This document shows positions 19,740 through 29,670 of a stretch of 64,000 bases of DNA, piece by piece. Position 1 is the stretch's first letter; every line of letters starts with the position of its first letter. The DNA is from a phage, in the NCBI GenBank assembly GCA_036253495.1, contig GCA_036253495.1_4125.1; one strand, 5' to 3'. The notes under the pieces were generated by a model. It saw only the letters and a list, made by a program, of their open reading frames with translations, was not told the DNA's origin and ran no database searches. Both the position numbers and the translations under genes were made by a program.

Positions 19740-20126
19740 ATGAGTATACTTTTAGTTTTTGGGCTATTGGCATTATTTCAAATAAAACATTTTCTGTGTG
19801 ATTATATATTCCAAGGCAAATACATGCTTGGTAAATTTAAAGAGCATGGGTGGTTTCTACCATTGGCAGCACACGTTGCTGTTCATGTATTAGGAACTGC
19901 AATAATTATTGCAATTTTTGCTTGTTATATTGGAACAACGTGGAAGGTGTTTTTCATGCTTCTTGCAATTGATGCAGTTGTTCATTTTGTAATGGACCGA
20001 GTTAAAGTTGTTGGCTCTAAACAACACACACCACAAGATGCTGAATTTTGGTGGTGGTTAGGGTATGATCAAATGATTCATCATTTTACCCATTATGTTA
20101 TCATTTTTGGATTACTTCTTTTGTAA
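19740..20126 (+). CDS. hypothetical multi-pass membrane protein
   Basis: 128 aa with about four hydrophobic segments. Confidence 0.55.
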   Translation: MSILLVFGLLALFQIKHFLCDYIFQGKYMLGKFKEHGWFLPLAAHVAVHVLGTAIIIAIFACYIGTTWKVFFMLLAIDAVVHFVMDRVKVVGSKQHTPQDAEFWWWLGYDQMIHHFTHYVIIFGLLLL

Positions 20127-20130
20127 TTAT

Positions 20131-20165
20131 ATTCGGGGGGCTTTATGCTCTCCGAATTCTTTTTG
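20131..20165 (+). terminator. intrinsic terminator
   Basis: ATTCGGGGGG...CTCTCCGAAT stem with wobble pairs, then TCTTTTT. Confidence 0.55.
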
Positions 20166-20226
20166 AGACAAATAAACTTTTCGTGATACAATATCACAAG
20201 ACACAGAGACACTAAAAGGAATTAAA

Positions 20227-22191
20227 ATGGCTAAGAAAGAAAGTGCTGTTCTACAAGAACATGACGTTCAACGTCTAAACGATTATCAACATGCTCGTCT
20301 ACGTACTGAGATGTATCTTGGTTCTCGTTCTATTCACGAAAGTCAAGTACTGATTTTTGGTGAAAATGATTATGCTGTAAAAAATATGGAATGGGTTCCT
20401 GCAATTCTTACTGCAACTCGTGAAATTATTGATAACAGTCTTGATGAATTCAAAAAAGCTGGTACGAAAGAACCAGTACTGAAAGTTGATTTCAATGAAG
20501 AAGACCTTTCCTTCGAAATCAGTGATAATGGTCGTGGTATTCCGATTGATTATGTCCCAGAGTATGAGAAAAACCTCTGTACGATGGTAATGACTGAAAC
20601 TAAAACTGGTCGTAACTTTGATGATTCTAAGCGTGATGAAACAATCGGTCAAAACGGTCTAGGTGGTTCTGTGGCTATGATTGTTAGCTCTAAAGCAGAA
20701 CTTGAAATTCACCGAACTGGACGTCCATATAAAACGCAATCCAGTAATGACGGTTATGATGGTATGTACAAATATACACAGAAGTTTGAAGAAGGTACAA
20801 TTATGTTCCCTGAACTTCATGTACATGAACCAACTATTCGAAAAGTACAATCCGATAAAACTGGTACAACTATTCGCTTTACCCTAAGTAAAGAAGTATT
20901 TCCTAATCGCAAGCTACCAACTGAATTACTTTATAGTATTCTAAAAGAAATGGCAGCAGCGAACCCAACATACAAAATCTTCTTGAATGGTAAACGTATT
21001 GCAATTAAAGGAAGCACAGAAAAGGCACTCTTTAATGCTTCAAAACTAATGTCATTGAATGTTAAAGATGAATCATTCAATTTCAATAGTACTTTTTATA
21101 TTGTACCTAATGCTGTATCTGGTATGAACACAAACTTCCATATGCATGGTCTTGTGAATAATGCTCCAGCATTTGATGGTGGTACACATCTAGATACCTT
21201 CAAGAAATTCTTTTCTTTAGGGGTAGGAACTGCATTAGAGAAAGAAGCGAAGAAGCGTAAGATGAAACCAAACCGTTCTGATATTGAAGAAGGTTTGTTG
21301 ATTTACAATGTAACTACAATGAAAGCACCATCATTCAACTCACAGATTAAATCTAAGTTGACTAATGAAAATGTAATTCGTCCTATTCAGCAAGCTATGA
21401 GTGCTGACTGGTTTGATGAATTGGTCAAGAAAAATAAAGAATGGGTTGATGAGATTTTTGAACGTTGTGCTGCCCGTACTAATAAGAAAGACGCAGAAGA
21501 AGACCGTCGCCTTGCCAAGAAACTTTTGAAAGGTAAAGTTGCAAAACTACTTGATAGTACTGGAACTGACCGTTCACAATGTATTCTATTGGTTGCGGAA
21601 GGTGACTCTGCTATTTCCAACATGGCAAGTGCTCGTATTCCTAGTATTCATGGTATCCTCCCATTGCGTGGTAAGATTATGAACGTTAGTGGGAATGAGA
21701 AAACCAAAGAATTAATGGATTCTATGGCATTGCATGATATAATGGCAAGCATCAACTTGGTCCCTGGAGTTAAAGCTGAACGTGCTGATTTGAATTACGG
21801 TAAGCTATATATCTGTGCGGACGAAGATGAGGATGGTAAGAACATTGGTGCACTAGTTTGTAACTTCTTGTACAAATTCTGGCCCGAATTATTCCAAGAT
21901 CCTGATAATCCGTTTGTATACGTATTCAAAACTCCATTTATTATCTTGGAGAAAGGTAAGGAATCTAAGTATTTTTATGGTCATAACGTCCATGAATATA
22001 TTCCTGAAGATTGGAAAGGGTGGAAAGCAACTCGTGCGAAAGGTTTAGGAACACTCGAAAAAAGTAACTTCCGCGATGCATTTACGAATAGTGTTGCAGT
22101 AGCAATTACTGATGACGGTCGTCTTGGTGAAACATTAGATTTGATTTTCAACAAGAAACGTGCTGATGATCGTAAAAACTGGATGGAATAA
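20227..22191 (+). CDS. 39: DNA topoisomerase II large subunit (GyrB-like ATPase + Toprim; T4 gp39/gp60 equivalents fused)
   Basis: 654 aa; GHKL box EIIDNSLDE, QNGLGGS, Toprim LLVAEGDSA and PLRGKIMN, acidic ICADEDEDG. Confidence 0.9.
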   Translation: MAKKESAVLQEHDVQRLNDYQHARLRTEMYLGSRSIHESQVLIFGENDYAVKNMEWVPAILTATREIIDNSLDEFKKAGTKEPVLKVDFNEEDLSFEISDNGRGIPIDYVPEYEKNLCTMVMTETKTGRNFDDSKRDETIGQNGLGGSVAMIVSSKAELEIHRTGRPYKTQSSNDGYDGMYKYTQKFEEGTIMFPELHVHEPTIRKVQSDKTGTTIRFTLSKEVFPNRKLPTELLYSILKEMAAANPTYKIFLNGKRIAIKGSTEKALFNASKLMSLNVKDESFNFNSTFYIVPNAVSGMNTNFHMHGLVNNAPAFDGGTHLDTFKKFFSLGVGTALEKEAKKRKMKPNRSDIEEGLLIYNVTTMKAPSFNSQIKSKLTNENVIRPIQQAMSADWFDELVKKNKEWVDEIFERCAARTNKKDAEEDRRLAKKLLKGKVAKLLDSTGTDRSQCILLVAEGDSAISNMASARIPSIHGILPLRGKIMNVSGNEKTKELMDSMALHDIMASINLVPGVKAERADLNYGKLYICADEDEDGKNIGALVCNFLYKFWPELFQDPDNPFVYVFKTPFIILEKGKESKYFYGHNVHEYIPEDWKGWKATRAKGLGTLEKSNFRDAFTNSVAVAITDDGRLGETLDLIFNKKRADDRKNWME

Positions 22192-22239
22192 TGTAATAAG
22201 GGGGACATGGTGTTCCCCGCTTAACAAAGAGACAATGGA

Positions 22240-23652
22240 ATGGCTAAAAGTAAGAAAAACACTAATACAAATGTTGATGAATTAACTCTAACTTTACTTG
22301 ATTATAAAAGTTCAGATTATGTCAATACTACATCATTAGAATACTCAATGTACACACTTGACCGTGCTATCCCAGGGATTGACGGACTCAAGAGTTCTCA
22401 ACGTAAAGCAATCTTCACATTATCCAAAATCAGTGGGGAGATTAAAACTGTTTCATGTGCAGGTCGTATGATCAGTGATGGGATTTACGTTCATGGTGAC
22501 ACATCTGCATCAGGAACATTACAAAACCTAGCTAGTCCAGTTGCTAACAACTACCCACTGATTGGTAAGCGTGGTGGTTTCGGTACACAAGTTAACAGTA
22601 CTCCGGCATCTGCTCGTTATACCTACGTCAAAAAGACAAAAACGACTGAAGCATTAGTTCTACGTGATATGGATATAATTCCAATGAAAGAGAACTATGA
22701 TGGTACAACAATGGAACCAGCACACTTCCTTCCTATCATCCCATTAGCATTGTTTGGTAATGATAGTATGTCAGTAGGATATAAGAGTACAATTCTACCT
22801 CATAAAATTGAAGATGTAATCAAGAACTGTATTCGTGCAATAGAAGGAAAACCACTCAAAGAGATGACACCATATTATGCATCTGTTGGTGCTAGTGATG
22901 TGGTAACTAAACTAGACGAAAACAAATATGAATTTTATGGTAAAGCACAGGTAATTGATGCAAGTACTGTTAAAGTTACAGGGCTTCCACCTAATTATAG
23001 TATTGAAAAGTTCATTGAAAAACTAATCAAGATGAGTGATGATGGTGATATACGTGATTACGATAATGACAGTACTGATGTTATTGATATCACCATTAAA
23101 CTACCACGTGGTATTTCTCAAAAATGGACAGAGGCAGATGTAATTGAGTATTTTGGATTGAATAAAAAGATGACTCAATTGTTAACTGTTTTGGGTGAAA
23201 ATGGTAAAGTTCGCGTATATGACAGCACACTGGACCTTATTAAAGATTTCGTCAATTTCCGTTTCAAATATTATGTGAAACGTTACGAGAAGAAGCTTGA
23301 AGACTGTGCAGCAGAAGTTCGTTATAAAATTCTCATCAAAGAGTGTTTTGATAATGATATGATCGGTAAAGTGAAAGGATTTGCAAACCGTGCTGAAATG
23401 GTTGATTTTGTAACTTCACTCAATACTGAAATTGAAGCAACAAATGAGAATATCCAAAGTATCGTAAACTTCCCATCATATCGTTGGACTAAAGATAATT
23501 ATGATGCAGTACTAAAAGATATTCAAGATAATCTAGACCTAATGGATAGTTATAATGATTTACTTAACAATCATGATAAAATCTGGAATATCTATAAAGA
23601 AGAATTACAAGAATTACTAAAAATGGACTTTACACCTAAGTCTGAAGATTAA
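22240..23652 (+). CDS. 52: DNA topoisomerase II medium subunit (GyrA-like, T4 gp52 equivalent)
   Basis: 470 aa; LDRAIPGIDGLKSSQRKAIF resembles the GyrA/ParC N-terminal signature. Confidence 0.85.
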   Translation: MAKSKKNTNTNVDELTLTLLDYKSSDYVNTTSLEYSMYTLDRAIPGIDGLKSSQRKAIFTLSKISGEIKTVSCAGRMISDGIYVHGDTSASGTLQNLASPVANNYPLIGKRGGFGTQVNSTPASARYTYVKKTKTTEALVLRDMDIIPMKENYDGTTMEPAHFLPIIPLALFGNDSMSVGYKSTILPHKIEDVIKNCIRAIEGKPLKEMTPYYASVGASDVVTKLDENKYEFYGKAQVIDASTVKVTGLPPNYSIEKFIEKLIKMSDDGDIRDYDNDSTDVIDITIKLPRGISQKWTEADVIEYFGLNKKMTQLLTVLGENGKVRVYDSTLDLIKDFVNFRFKYYVKRYEKKLEDCAAEVRYKILIKECFDNDMIGKVKGFANRAEMVDFVTSLNTEIEATNENIQSIVNFPSYRWTKDNYDAVLKDIQDNLDLMDSYNDLLNNHDKIWNIYKEELQELLKMDFTPKSED

Positions 23653-23659
23653 TATATAA

Positions 23660-23690
23660 GGGAAGACCCAATGGGTCTTCCTTCCTCCTT
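23660..23690 (+). terminator. probable intrinsic terminator
   Basis: GGAAGACCC-AAT-GGGTCTTCC stem; weak T-tract. Confidence 0.5.
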
Positions 23691-23692
23691 TA

Positions 23693-23700
23693 TATAAATA
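23693..23700 (+). promoter_or_regulatory. T4-type late promoter box TATAAATA
   Basis: Exact TATAAATA about 34 nt upstream of ATG 23734; the only exact copy noticed. Confidence 0.35.
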
Positions 23701-23733
23701 ATCTATAGATATTAGTAGCTATGGAGAAATAAA

Positions 23734-26121
23734 ATGGCATCTTTTACCCCGTATTGGGATTTAAAGGCTGATACTCAATATATTCAAGAAGGAACTGACA
23801 TTCTTATTAGATTAAGTATCAATAAAGAAGGAACTACAGGTGATAGCTATACACTAAGTGAAAATGAATACTTAGAGATGATTTTCACTATACAATGTTT
23901 AGATAATGTTGGTAATGTTTTTAATGCTGAAACCCACTATTCATTATTTGTTGGAAATGACCCGAACAATCTAGTGCCATTATCTGATGGAACAACTGGA
24001 AATAAGTTTTTAAATGGAAGACATAAGTGTAGAATACAAAAGAATAATTTTTATCTTCCAAGTACAATAATCAGTGAAGATGTGTATTATTTAAAACTAC
24101 ATTGTAAGCGTGATGGTACATTTAACAACGTGGAAAGTGTTGTTTTCAATTTACAGGCTATTAACGTCATGCATTTTGGGAACATTTCACCATCAGGATT
24201 ATTGCGTGCCAACAAAGCAACTGTTACATTTGATAGTAAAGAAATATGGGTAACACCTGGATTAACTGTTACCGATGATGAACAGTTATATTGTATTGGA
24301 GACATAGAGTATGGTTCAGATAGTACTTTATTCATTCAAGGCTTCGGTCGTAAACGTCCGTATCAGCCAAATGTAGATAGTGCCGTTGACACCAGTCCAC
24401 GTGTATTCTTCCCCGCTTATCGCTTGCTTGATATAACAGAACAAGATTTACCGTCTCGACATATTACAGGTAAAGCAGCTTACTTACGTCCAGATGACTT
24501 AGCGTTTCCTGTGGACGGAATTAATAAAGAAGTTAAAGTTAATATAGTTGATGATACTGGTAAGATTACAAAAAGTGGGCTTTCTTTTAACCCGAATGGA
24601 CAATTCTTACAAACATTTTTACATGAATCAGAACCAACTGACGTTTACTTTAAGGTTGAAATCGTAGATATTCTCAAAACCTACATTACACTTGCTGAAC
24701 GTTTTGCTATTGATCAGCGTTTTAAAGCATATCAAATGTGGGTATGTCCAAACGATGTATCTACTATTGCTGCTACTGATGAAAAACCAAAACCTAATCA
24801 TTTATATCAATTAAGAGATAACGTTGTGTATCCATATGTTATTAGTGGTGAATATGATGAAGGTATGATCAAACCATTATTCAAAAGTTCTGATTGGAAT
24901 GATTTGGGTTATTATGATGTGTCATTGGGTAGTGGTATTATTGGTGAAAAGCGTATGTTCCGTTTCTTGGAAAACGCCGCTGAAGGTTCATCTATACAAA
25001 TAATTACCGATCCTGACTTGGGAACTATACACGTTGGGGAATACTTCGGTCATACAGTATATCCTCAAATACTTACTAATAGTAAGAATCAAGTATCTTG
25101 TGTATTAGTGGGTGGTGATGACATAACAAAATATGGATTAGATCTTACACCTGATGGGTATCTTGTAGGTACAGCATATGCATTAAGCACTGATTTTAGT
25201 GCCAATGATGATATAAAATTGAATTTCCAGGTTGAAGTTTATGACACTGAAGGTAGTAGTGTTATTGGTGATTTCAAATTAAAAATCGTTCGCGGGTTGG
25301 GGCAAAATCATTTGAGTTCACATATTGTTCCATCTGTTCAATTTGAACGTGAATGGTTTAAATGTATCAGTACTCAAACATTTGCTAATTTTGGTTTCCA
25401 TCGTCAATCTGATGACAGATATGGTTTACAGAAAGTTCCTAGGATTCTTCTAAAAGAAAACTTTGTTAGTCAAAACTATAATTACACTAACTTAAATGAT
25501 TTGAAAAAAGTTCTCCGTGAGAATATAATAGATCCATCAGGGGCGACAATCCCTAACGGTAAATTCAAGATGGTTATTGGTAATTACAAAATCATGTCAG
25601 CACTTGACAACAAAGGAAACCTTTTGTATGATTTAGTGTTTAGAGAGTTACATCCAGAAGGAACACAAGTTGCTGTTTCTACCAATCCCAGAATCTACAC
25701 AAACGTAGATAACGGACTACTTGCCGAATTATTTGGTTTACGCCAGAATATTTACAAGGCTGTCGGTGAAGACACAACCAACTTGGTAAAAGACCCAACC
25801 GACTTAGTTAACCGTGGATTGTATGTTGATGCTATACCCGGTATCAGTGATGAGATGATTGATACTGTTCCACGCTTCATGAATCATCCATACATTGAAG
25901 ATTGGATTGAGAAAAAATTTATGCCTATCATTCCAGTAGCATACTGCTTACCTGGTAAGGGTGAAGCGTTTTTCCAAATGTTATTACAAAACAACGAACA
26001 TAGTTCAATGGTTAGTACTGAATTTGAAGTAACAGCAGTTGAATTCGGATACTTTGCTCAAGAACATGAGCGTTATGTACATGATACATTTAGAATTGCA
26101 TTACAGAATGATATAATATAA
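23734..26121 (+). CDS. large hypothetical protein (795 aa), possibly late/structural
   Basis: Long ORF with GGAGA SD behind a late-type promoter box; no recognised motif. Confidence 0.6.
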   Translation: MASFTPYWDLKADTQYIQEGTDILIRLSINKEGTTGDSYTLSENEYLEMIFTIQCLDNVGNVFNAETHYSLFVGNDPNNLVPLSDGTTGNKFLNGRHKCRIQKNNFYLPSTIISEDVYYLKLHCKRDGTFNNVESVVFNLQAINVMHFGNISPSGLLRANKATVTFDSKEIWVTPGLTVTDDEQLYCIGDIEYGSDSTLFIQGFGRKRPYQPNVDSAVDTSPRVFFPAYRLLDITEQDLPSRHITGKAAYLRPDDLAFPVDGINKEVKVNIVDDTGKITKSGLSFNPNGQFLQTFLHESEPTDVYFKVEIVDILKTYITLAERFAIDQRFKAYQMWVCPNDVSTIAATDEKPKPNHLYQLRDNVVYPYVISGEYDEGMIKPLFKSSDWNDLGYYDVSLGSGIIGEKRMFRFLENAAEGSSIQIITDPDLGTIHVGEYFGHTVYPQILTNSKNQVSCVLVGGDDITKYGLDLTPDGYLVGTAYALSTDFSANDDIKLNFQVEVYDTEGSSVIGDFKLKIVRGLGQNHLSSHIVPSVQFEREWFKCISTQTFANFGFHRQSDDRYGLQKVPRILLKENFVSQNYNYTNLNDLKKVLRENIIDPSGATIPNGKFKMVIGNYKIMSALDNKGNLLYDLVFRELHPEGTQVAVSTNPRIYTNVDNGLLAELFGLRQNIYKAVGEDTTNLVKDPTDLVNRGLYVDAIPGISDEMIDTVPRFMNHPYIEDWIEKKFMPIIPVAYCLPGKGEAFFQMLLQNNEHSSMVSTEFEVTAVEFGYFAQEHERYVHDTFRIALQNDII

Positions 26122-26133
26122 TAGGAGAAAAAT

Positions 26134-26442
26134 ATGTTCAATCCATTTTTTGACCCTTCTGGTATGAGTGATAAAGAACTCCAACAAAAGATTAATGATC
26201 AAAGTTTACGTATTAGTTCCGCTCGTGCCGCTGGCTTGAGTGATTCTATCATTGGTAACATGCAAATAGTACTGAATCAGTGCTATGAAGAAATGACTTT
26301 ACGACAAGGTAGAAAAGAGAAAGACACATACGAAGATACTGATCCATGTATTTTTGATATGAATTCTTATCTATCAGATGAAGAGGATAGTAAAAAGAAA
26401 AATGAAAGTTCAAGGAAACAGATATATAAGTCCCAATGGTGA
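26134..26442 (+). CDS. hypothetical protein
   Basis: 102-aa ORF; 3' end overlaps next ORF in another frame. Confidence 0.4.
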   Translation: MFNPFFDPSGMSDKELQQKINDQSLRISSARAAGLSDSIIGNMQIVLNQCYEEMTLRQGRKEKDTYEDTDPCIFDMNSYLSDEEDSKKKNESSRKQIYKSQW

Positions 26443-26920
26443 TGTTAAATGTAATTTGAATGCTGTAGTTTATGCTATGAATTGTGGGTCTGATATACAG
26501 TACCTACAATTACAAGATATAGATGAACAAGAGCGTTTGAAGTTTAACGATAACTGTAAAAAATTTGGACTAGAGCAACGTATGTTGGATTATACAATTG
26601 ACCATGATAGTAATCATGAGTTATGGCGTTATGATCCAATGTATGACAATATCAATCTAAGAGAATTCTTTTTACAAAAGTGTTCCACACCTGAAGCAAG
26701 ACAGCGTGTGGAATACGAAATTGATTTATACGAACAATATAATATGACAAAGCTATTGCGTTGTATGATATGGTTGGTAGATTATATGGAAGAGCACAAC
26801 ATCTTCTGGGGCTTAGGGCGTGGTAGTTCTGTAGCCTCATATTGTCTGTTTCTGATTGGTTTGCATATGGTTGACTCATTGAAGTATGATCTCGATGTGA
26901 ACGAATTTCTGAAATGGTAA
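26402..26920 (+). CDS. hypothetical protein ending in a DnaE-like GRGSxxxS...D motif
   Basis: Start tentative (ATG 26402); C-terminal WGLGRGSSVASYCLFLIGLHMVDSLKYDLDVNEFL resembles the Pol III alpha palm GRGSAAGSLVAYALGITDVDP block (recall). Confidence 0.4.
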   Translation: MKVQGNRYISPNGDVKCNLNAVVYAMNCGSDIQYLQLQDIDEQERLKFNDNCKKFGLEQRMLDYTIDHDSNHELWRYDPMYDNINLREFFLQKCSTPEARQRVEYEIDLYEQYNMTKLLRCMIWLVDYMEEHNIFWGLGRGSSVASYCLFLIGLHMVDSLKYDLDVNEFLKW

Positions 26921-26978
26921 CGAAACATGTGATATAATGGTTGTTGTGACGTTATAGCACTTAGAAAAGGGATTTTAT

Positions 26979-27341
26979 ATGTCAAAACATACTACTTATC
27001 GTGGCACTATCATTGATATGGATATGCTAAAATATCAGAACCAACATCAGGTTGCATTGGGTAATGCTAAACTAAATGCTCGTGGTGATAAAATTGGTTC
27101 TGGTGGAACTGTAATTAAAACTCGTGAAGAACTACTTCAAGAGAAAGAACGTGAAATGCAAATTCCTGACTATATTCCAGAACATCAGGCACAAAGCACT
27201 GATTATTCTGATGATGGTTGGGATGATGCAAGCTTTGAAGTTGAGCATGTCGTTGTACAAAACGAAGAAACAGTTGATCCTTCAGTTGCACCTGAAGAGA
27301 AGAAAGCACCACGCAGAGCAAAAACTAAAGATCAGGAGTAA
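26979..27341 (+). CDS. hypothetical protein
   Basis: 120-aa ORF; extended -10 TGATATAAT about 40 nt upstream. Confidence 0.5.
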   Translation: MSKHTTYRGTIIDMDMLKYQNQHQVALGNAKLNARGDKIGSGGTVIKTREELLQEKEREMQIPDYIPEHQAQSTDYSDDGWDDASFEVEHVVVQNEETVDPSVAPEEKKAPRRAKTKDQE

Positions 27342-27346
27342 TACAA

Positions 27347-27670
27347 ATGTCTAAAGTTATGACAGCATGTAAGGGAAAAGTACTGGTTACTGATTTAGAA
27401 CATGGCGAACGAAAAACTGCTGGTGGAATTGTTTTAACAAATGATGACGGTAAAATTCGTGGTATTCGTTGTCGTTGGGCTAAAGTTTATTCAGTTGGTG
27501 AAGATATAACTGATATTAAAGAAGGTCAATGGATTCTTATTGACCACGGTCGCTGGTCCAGAACTATTGAGGTTGATGGTGTTCAATTAAACTTAGTTGA
27601 TTACCCAGCCGCAGTATCTTTGGTTTCCGATGAAGACCCACGTACTTCAGTACAAACATTTGGACGTTAA
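27347..27670 (+). CDS. GroES-like co-chaperonin (T4 gp31 functional analogue)
   Basis: 107 aa; KVLVTDLEHGERKTAGGIVLTNDDGK parallels the GroES mobile-loop region; AGGAG SD. Confidence 0.7.
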   Translation: MSKVMTACKGKVLVTDLEHGERKTAGGIVLTNDDGKIRGIRCRWAKVYSVGEDITDIKEGQWILIDHGRWSRTIEVDGVQLNLVDYPAAVSLVSDEDPRTSVQTFGR

Positions 27671-27680
27671 TTATAAAAGT

Positions 27681-27712
27681 AAGCTCGGAATATATATTCT
27701 GGGCTTTTTATT
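27681..27712 (+). terminator. probable intrinsic terminator
   Basis: Imperfect palindrome AAGCTCGGAATATATATTCTGGGCTT followed by TTTTTATTT. Confidence 0.5.
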
Positions 27713-27724
27713 TGGTTATATAAT

Positions 27725-27994
27725 ATGATTACAGATAATGATAAGTTTAGCTTTTCGGATATTCGACTTGTTTCAAAGAATAATAGATTTTTGTTTGAAG
27801 ATAGGAAGAATACCAAATATGTTTATGAAGTATCTCACGATGTATTTAAGCACTTACTTGTAGTTGCTGCAAATGCAAAAGCACGTGGCATTGACAATAA
27901 AGTAAATTCTTTTGACTATCTCTTTAATCAGTTGGAGATGACAGAAGACCTATTCACCGCACTACTATACCATCTATCAGATTGGACTCACTAA
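27725..27994 (+). CDS. hypothetical protein
   Basis: 89-aa ORF. Confidence 0.5.
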   Translation: MITDNDKFSFSDIRLVSKNNRFLFEDRKNTKYVYEVSHDVFKHLLVVAANAKARGIDNKVNSFDYLFNQLEMTEDLFTALLYHLSDWTH

Positions 27995-28013
27995 TTTACA
28001 TGAGGAATAATAA

Positions 28014-28967
28014 ATGACTACACTATGGACTGAAAAATATCGCCCACAAACCCTAGAAGATTACGTTTTCAAAAATGATGCTCTTCGTAAAAAGATGGAA
28101 GAATGGATTTGTACTGGCAATATTCCACATATTGGATTCTTTGGTCCCGCTGGTACAGGAAAAACTTCAGCGATTAAAGTACTACTAAATGGACTTGAAG
28201 CTAATGGTCACCTGGACCCAAGTGATGTAACAACTCTAAACATGTCAGATGAGGGTATTGATGCTGTGCGTGATAAGATTGACGCAGCCGCAAAACTATC
28301 ATGTTTTGGACGTTATCGTGTGTTTGTTCTGGAAGAAATGGAACAGATGAACCACAAAGCACAAGGTAGCCTGAAGCGTGTAATGGAAGATTATCACGAG
28401 AATGCTCGTTTTATTCTAACCAGTAATGAGCCACATAAAATTTTGAAACCTATTATTTCTCGTGTGCAAGTAATTACAATCGAGAAGCATGATATGGAAC
28501 AGTTTATGACCCGTATCATCAACGTACTGTTAGCTGAGGGTGTAGATTTATCATCAGAAGAAAGTATTGATCAAGTGCAGCAATACATCAATGCATCGTA
28601 CCCTGACTTCCGTAAAACATTAAACGTATTGCAGAGTTCAGTAGTTGATGGTAAACTAGTAAAACTAGAAGACAGTATTGAGAATTCTGCTGGGTATCGC
28701 ACGGCAATCGTTGATGCATTAAAGGCGGGAAACATTCGTCAGATGCGTGAGCAGATTGTTCAAAATATCCCTGATGACGAAATGGATGCATTTTTCTCGT
28801 ATCTGTATCGTAATGCAGAAATGTTCAGTACTGATGAAATCACACTAATGAAAATCAAGGTTAAAATCCGTGATGCAGTTGTCAAACAATCAACAGTTTC
28901 TGATCGTGAGATGAACCTGAGTGCATTACTATGTGAAATTGACTTGATTTGTTCAGGAAATATGTAA
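28014..28967 (+). CDS. 44: sliding-clamp loader AAA+ subunit (T4 gp44 / RFC small-subunit-like)
   Basis: 317 aa; EKYRP box, Walker A GPAGTGKT, DEAD-like LEEMEQM, sensor ISRVQV, PDFRKT. Confidence 0.85.
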   Translation: MTTLWTEKYRPQTLEDYVFKNDALRKKMEEWICTGNIPHIGFFGPAGTGKTSAIKVLLNGLEANGHLDPSDVTTLNMSDEGIDAVRDKIDAAAKLSCFGRYRVFVLEEMEQMNHKAQGSLKRVMEDYHENARFILTSNEPHKILKPIISRVQVITIEKHDMEQFMTRIINVLLAEGVDLSSEESIDQVQQYINASYPDFRKTLNVLQSSVVDGKLVKLEDSIENSAGYRTAIVDALKAGNIRQMREQIVQNIPDDEMDAFFSYLYRNAEMFSTDEITLMKIKVKIRDAVVKQSTVSDREMNLSALLCEIDLICSGNM

Positions 28968-29593
28968 TGAAACAACGTTGTGTAGTATGGGATTGTGATG
29001 AAGTGCTATTGGACCACATTGGTGGTCTATATAATTTTGTTAAAGAACATTATGATATTCATCCAGAAACACCATATCCAGAAAAATATGATTTGTGTCA
29101 GTGGTTGGGTGGAATTACTCAACCTGAAGTGCAAGAGATTCTAAAACACTTCAACCATCGTTCTTATGAGTTTGGTCTACTTGACCCAGTAGAACATAAC
29201 ACGGTTGGAATTATGCAAGAATTACGTGATAAGTTCCCATATGATAAATTTGTAGTACTGACTAAATCGGGTACATTCGGTCACGGGGAAGTTCTCCGTA
29301 AGGTGAATCTCATTAATGTCTTTGGTGAGGGTATTTTTGATGATATCATTATCATTGAAATGTATGAATCCAAAAAATCAGCACTAATGAAATTAAAAGC
29401 TCAATATGACGTTAAATTTTTGATTGACGATTATATTAAAAATATAGAAACGGCTATAGAGTTGGATATACCTGCTGTTATGATGTGTGCGTGTCATAAC
29501 CATGAATACAAGCATAACAACGGCTTTGATTATGTTAATAATTGGAGCGAACTTCGTCTAAAAATTTACGAACTAATGAAAAAATTACAATAG
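28967..29593 (+). CDS. HAD-superfamily phosphatase, probable 5'(3')-deoxyribonucleotidase
   Basis: Start moved to ATG 28967 (TAATG overlap); VVWDCDEVLLD is a DxDx(T/V) HAD motif I. Confidence 0.5.
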   Translation: MKQRCVVWDCDEVLLDHIGGLYNFVKEHYDIHPETPYPEKYDLCQWLGGITQPEVQEILKHFNHRSYEFGLLDPVEHNTVGIMQELRDKFPYDKFVVLTKSGTFGHGEVLRKVNLINVFGEGIFDDIIIIEMYESKKSALMKLKAQYDVKFLIDDYIKNIETAIELDIPAVMMCACHNHEYKHNNGFDYVNNWSELRLKIYELMKKLQ

Positions 29594-29617
29594 GGGAACT
29601 TGATTCCCCTTTCATTG
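29593..29617 (+). terminator. intrinsic terminator
   Basis: GGGGAA-CTTGA-TTCCCC hairpin then TTTC. Confidence 0.6.
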
Positions 29618-29670
29618 TTTTCAAAGTAGTAAATAATATAAATGTTCAAGTTTTTAAGGGAATAAAAAAC

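Noticed and set aside
29542-29670. N-terminal extension of track ORF 29542..30246
   Set aside because: Extension spans the terminator hairpin at 29593..29617; start moved to ATG 29671
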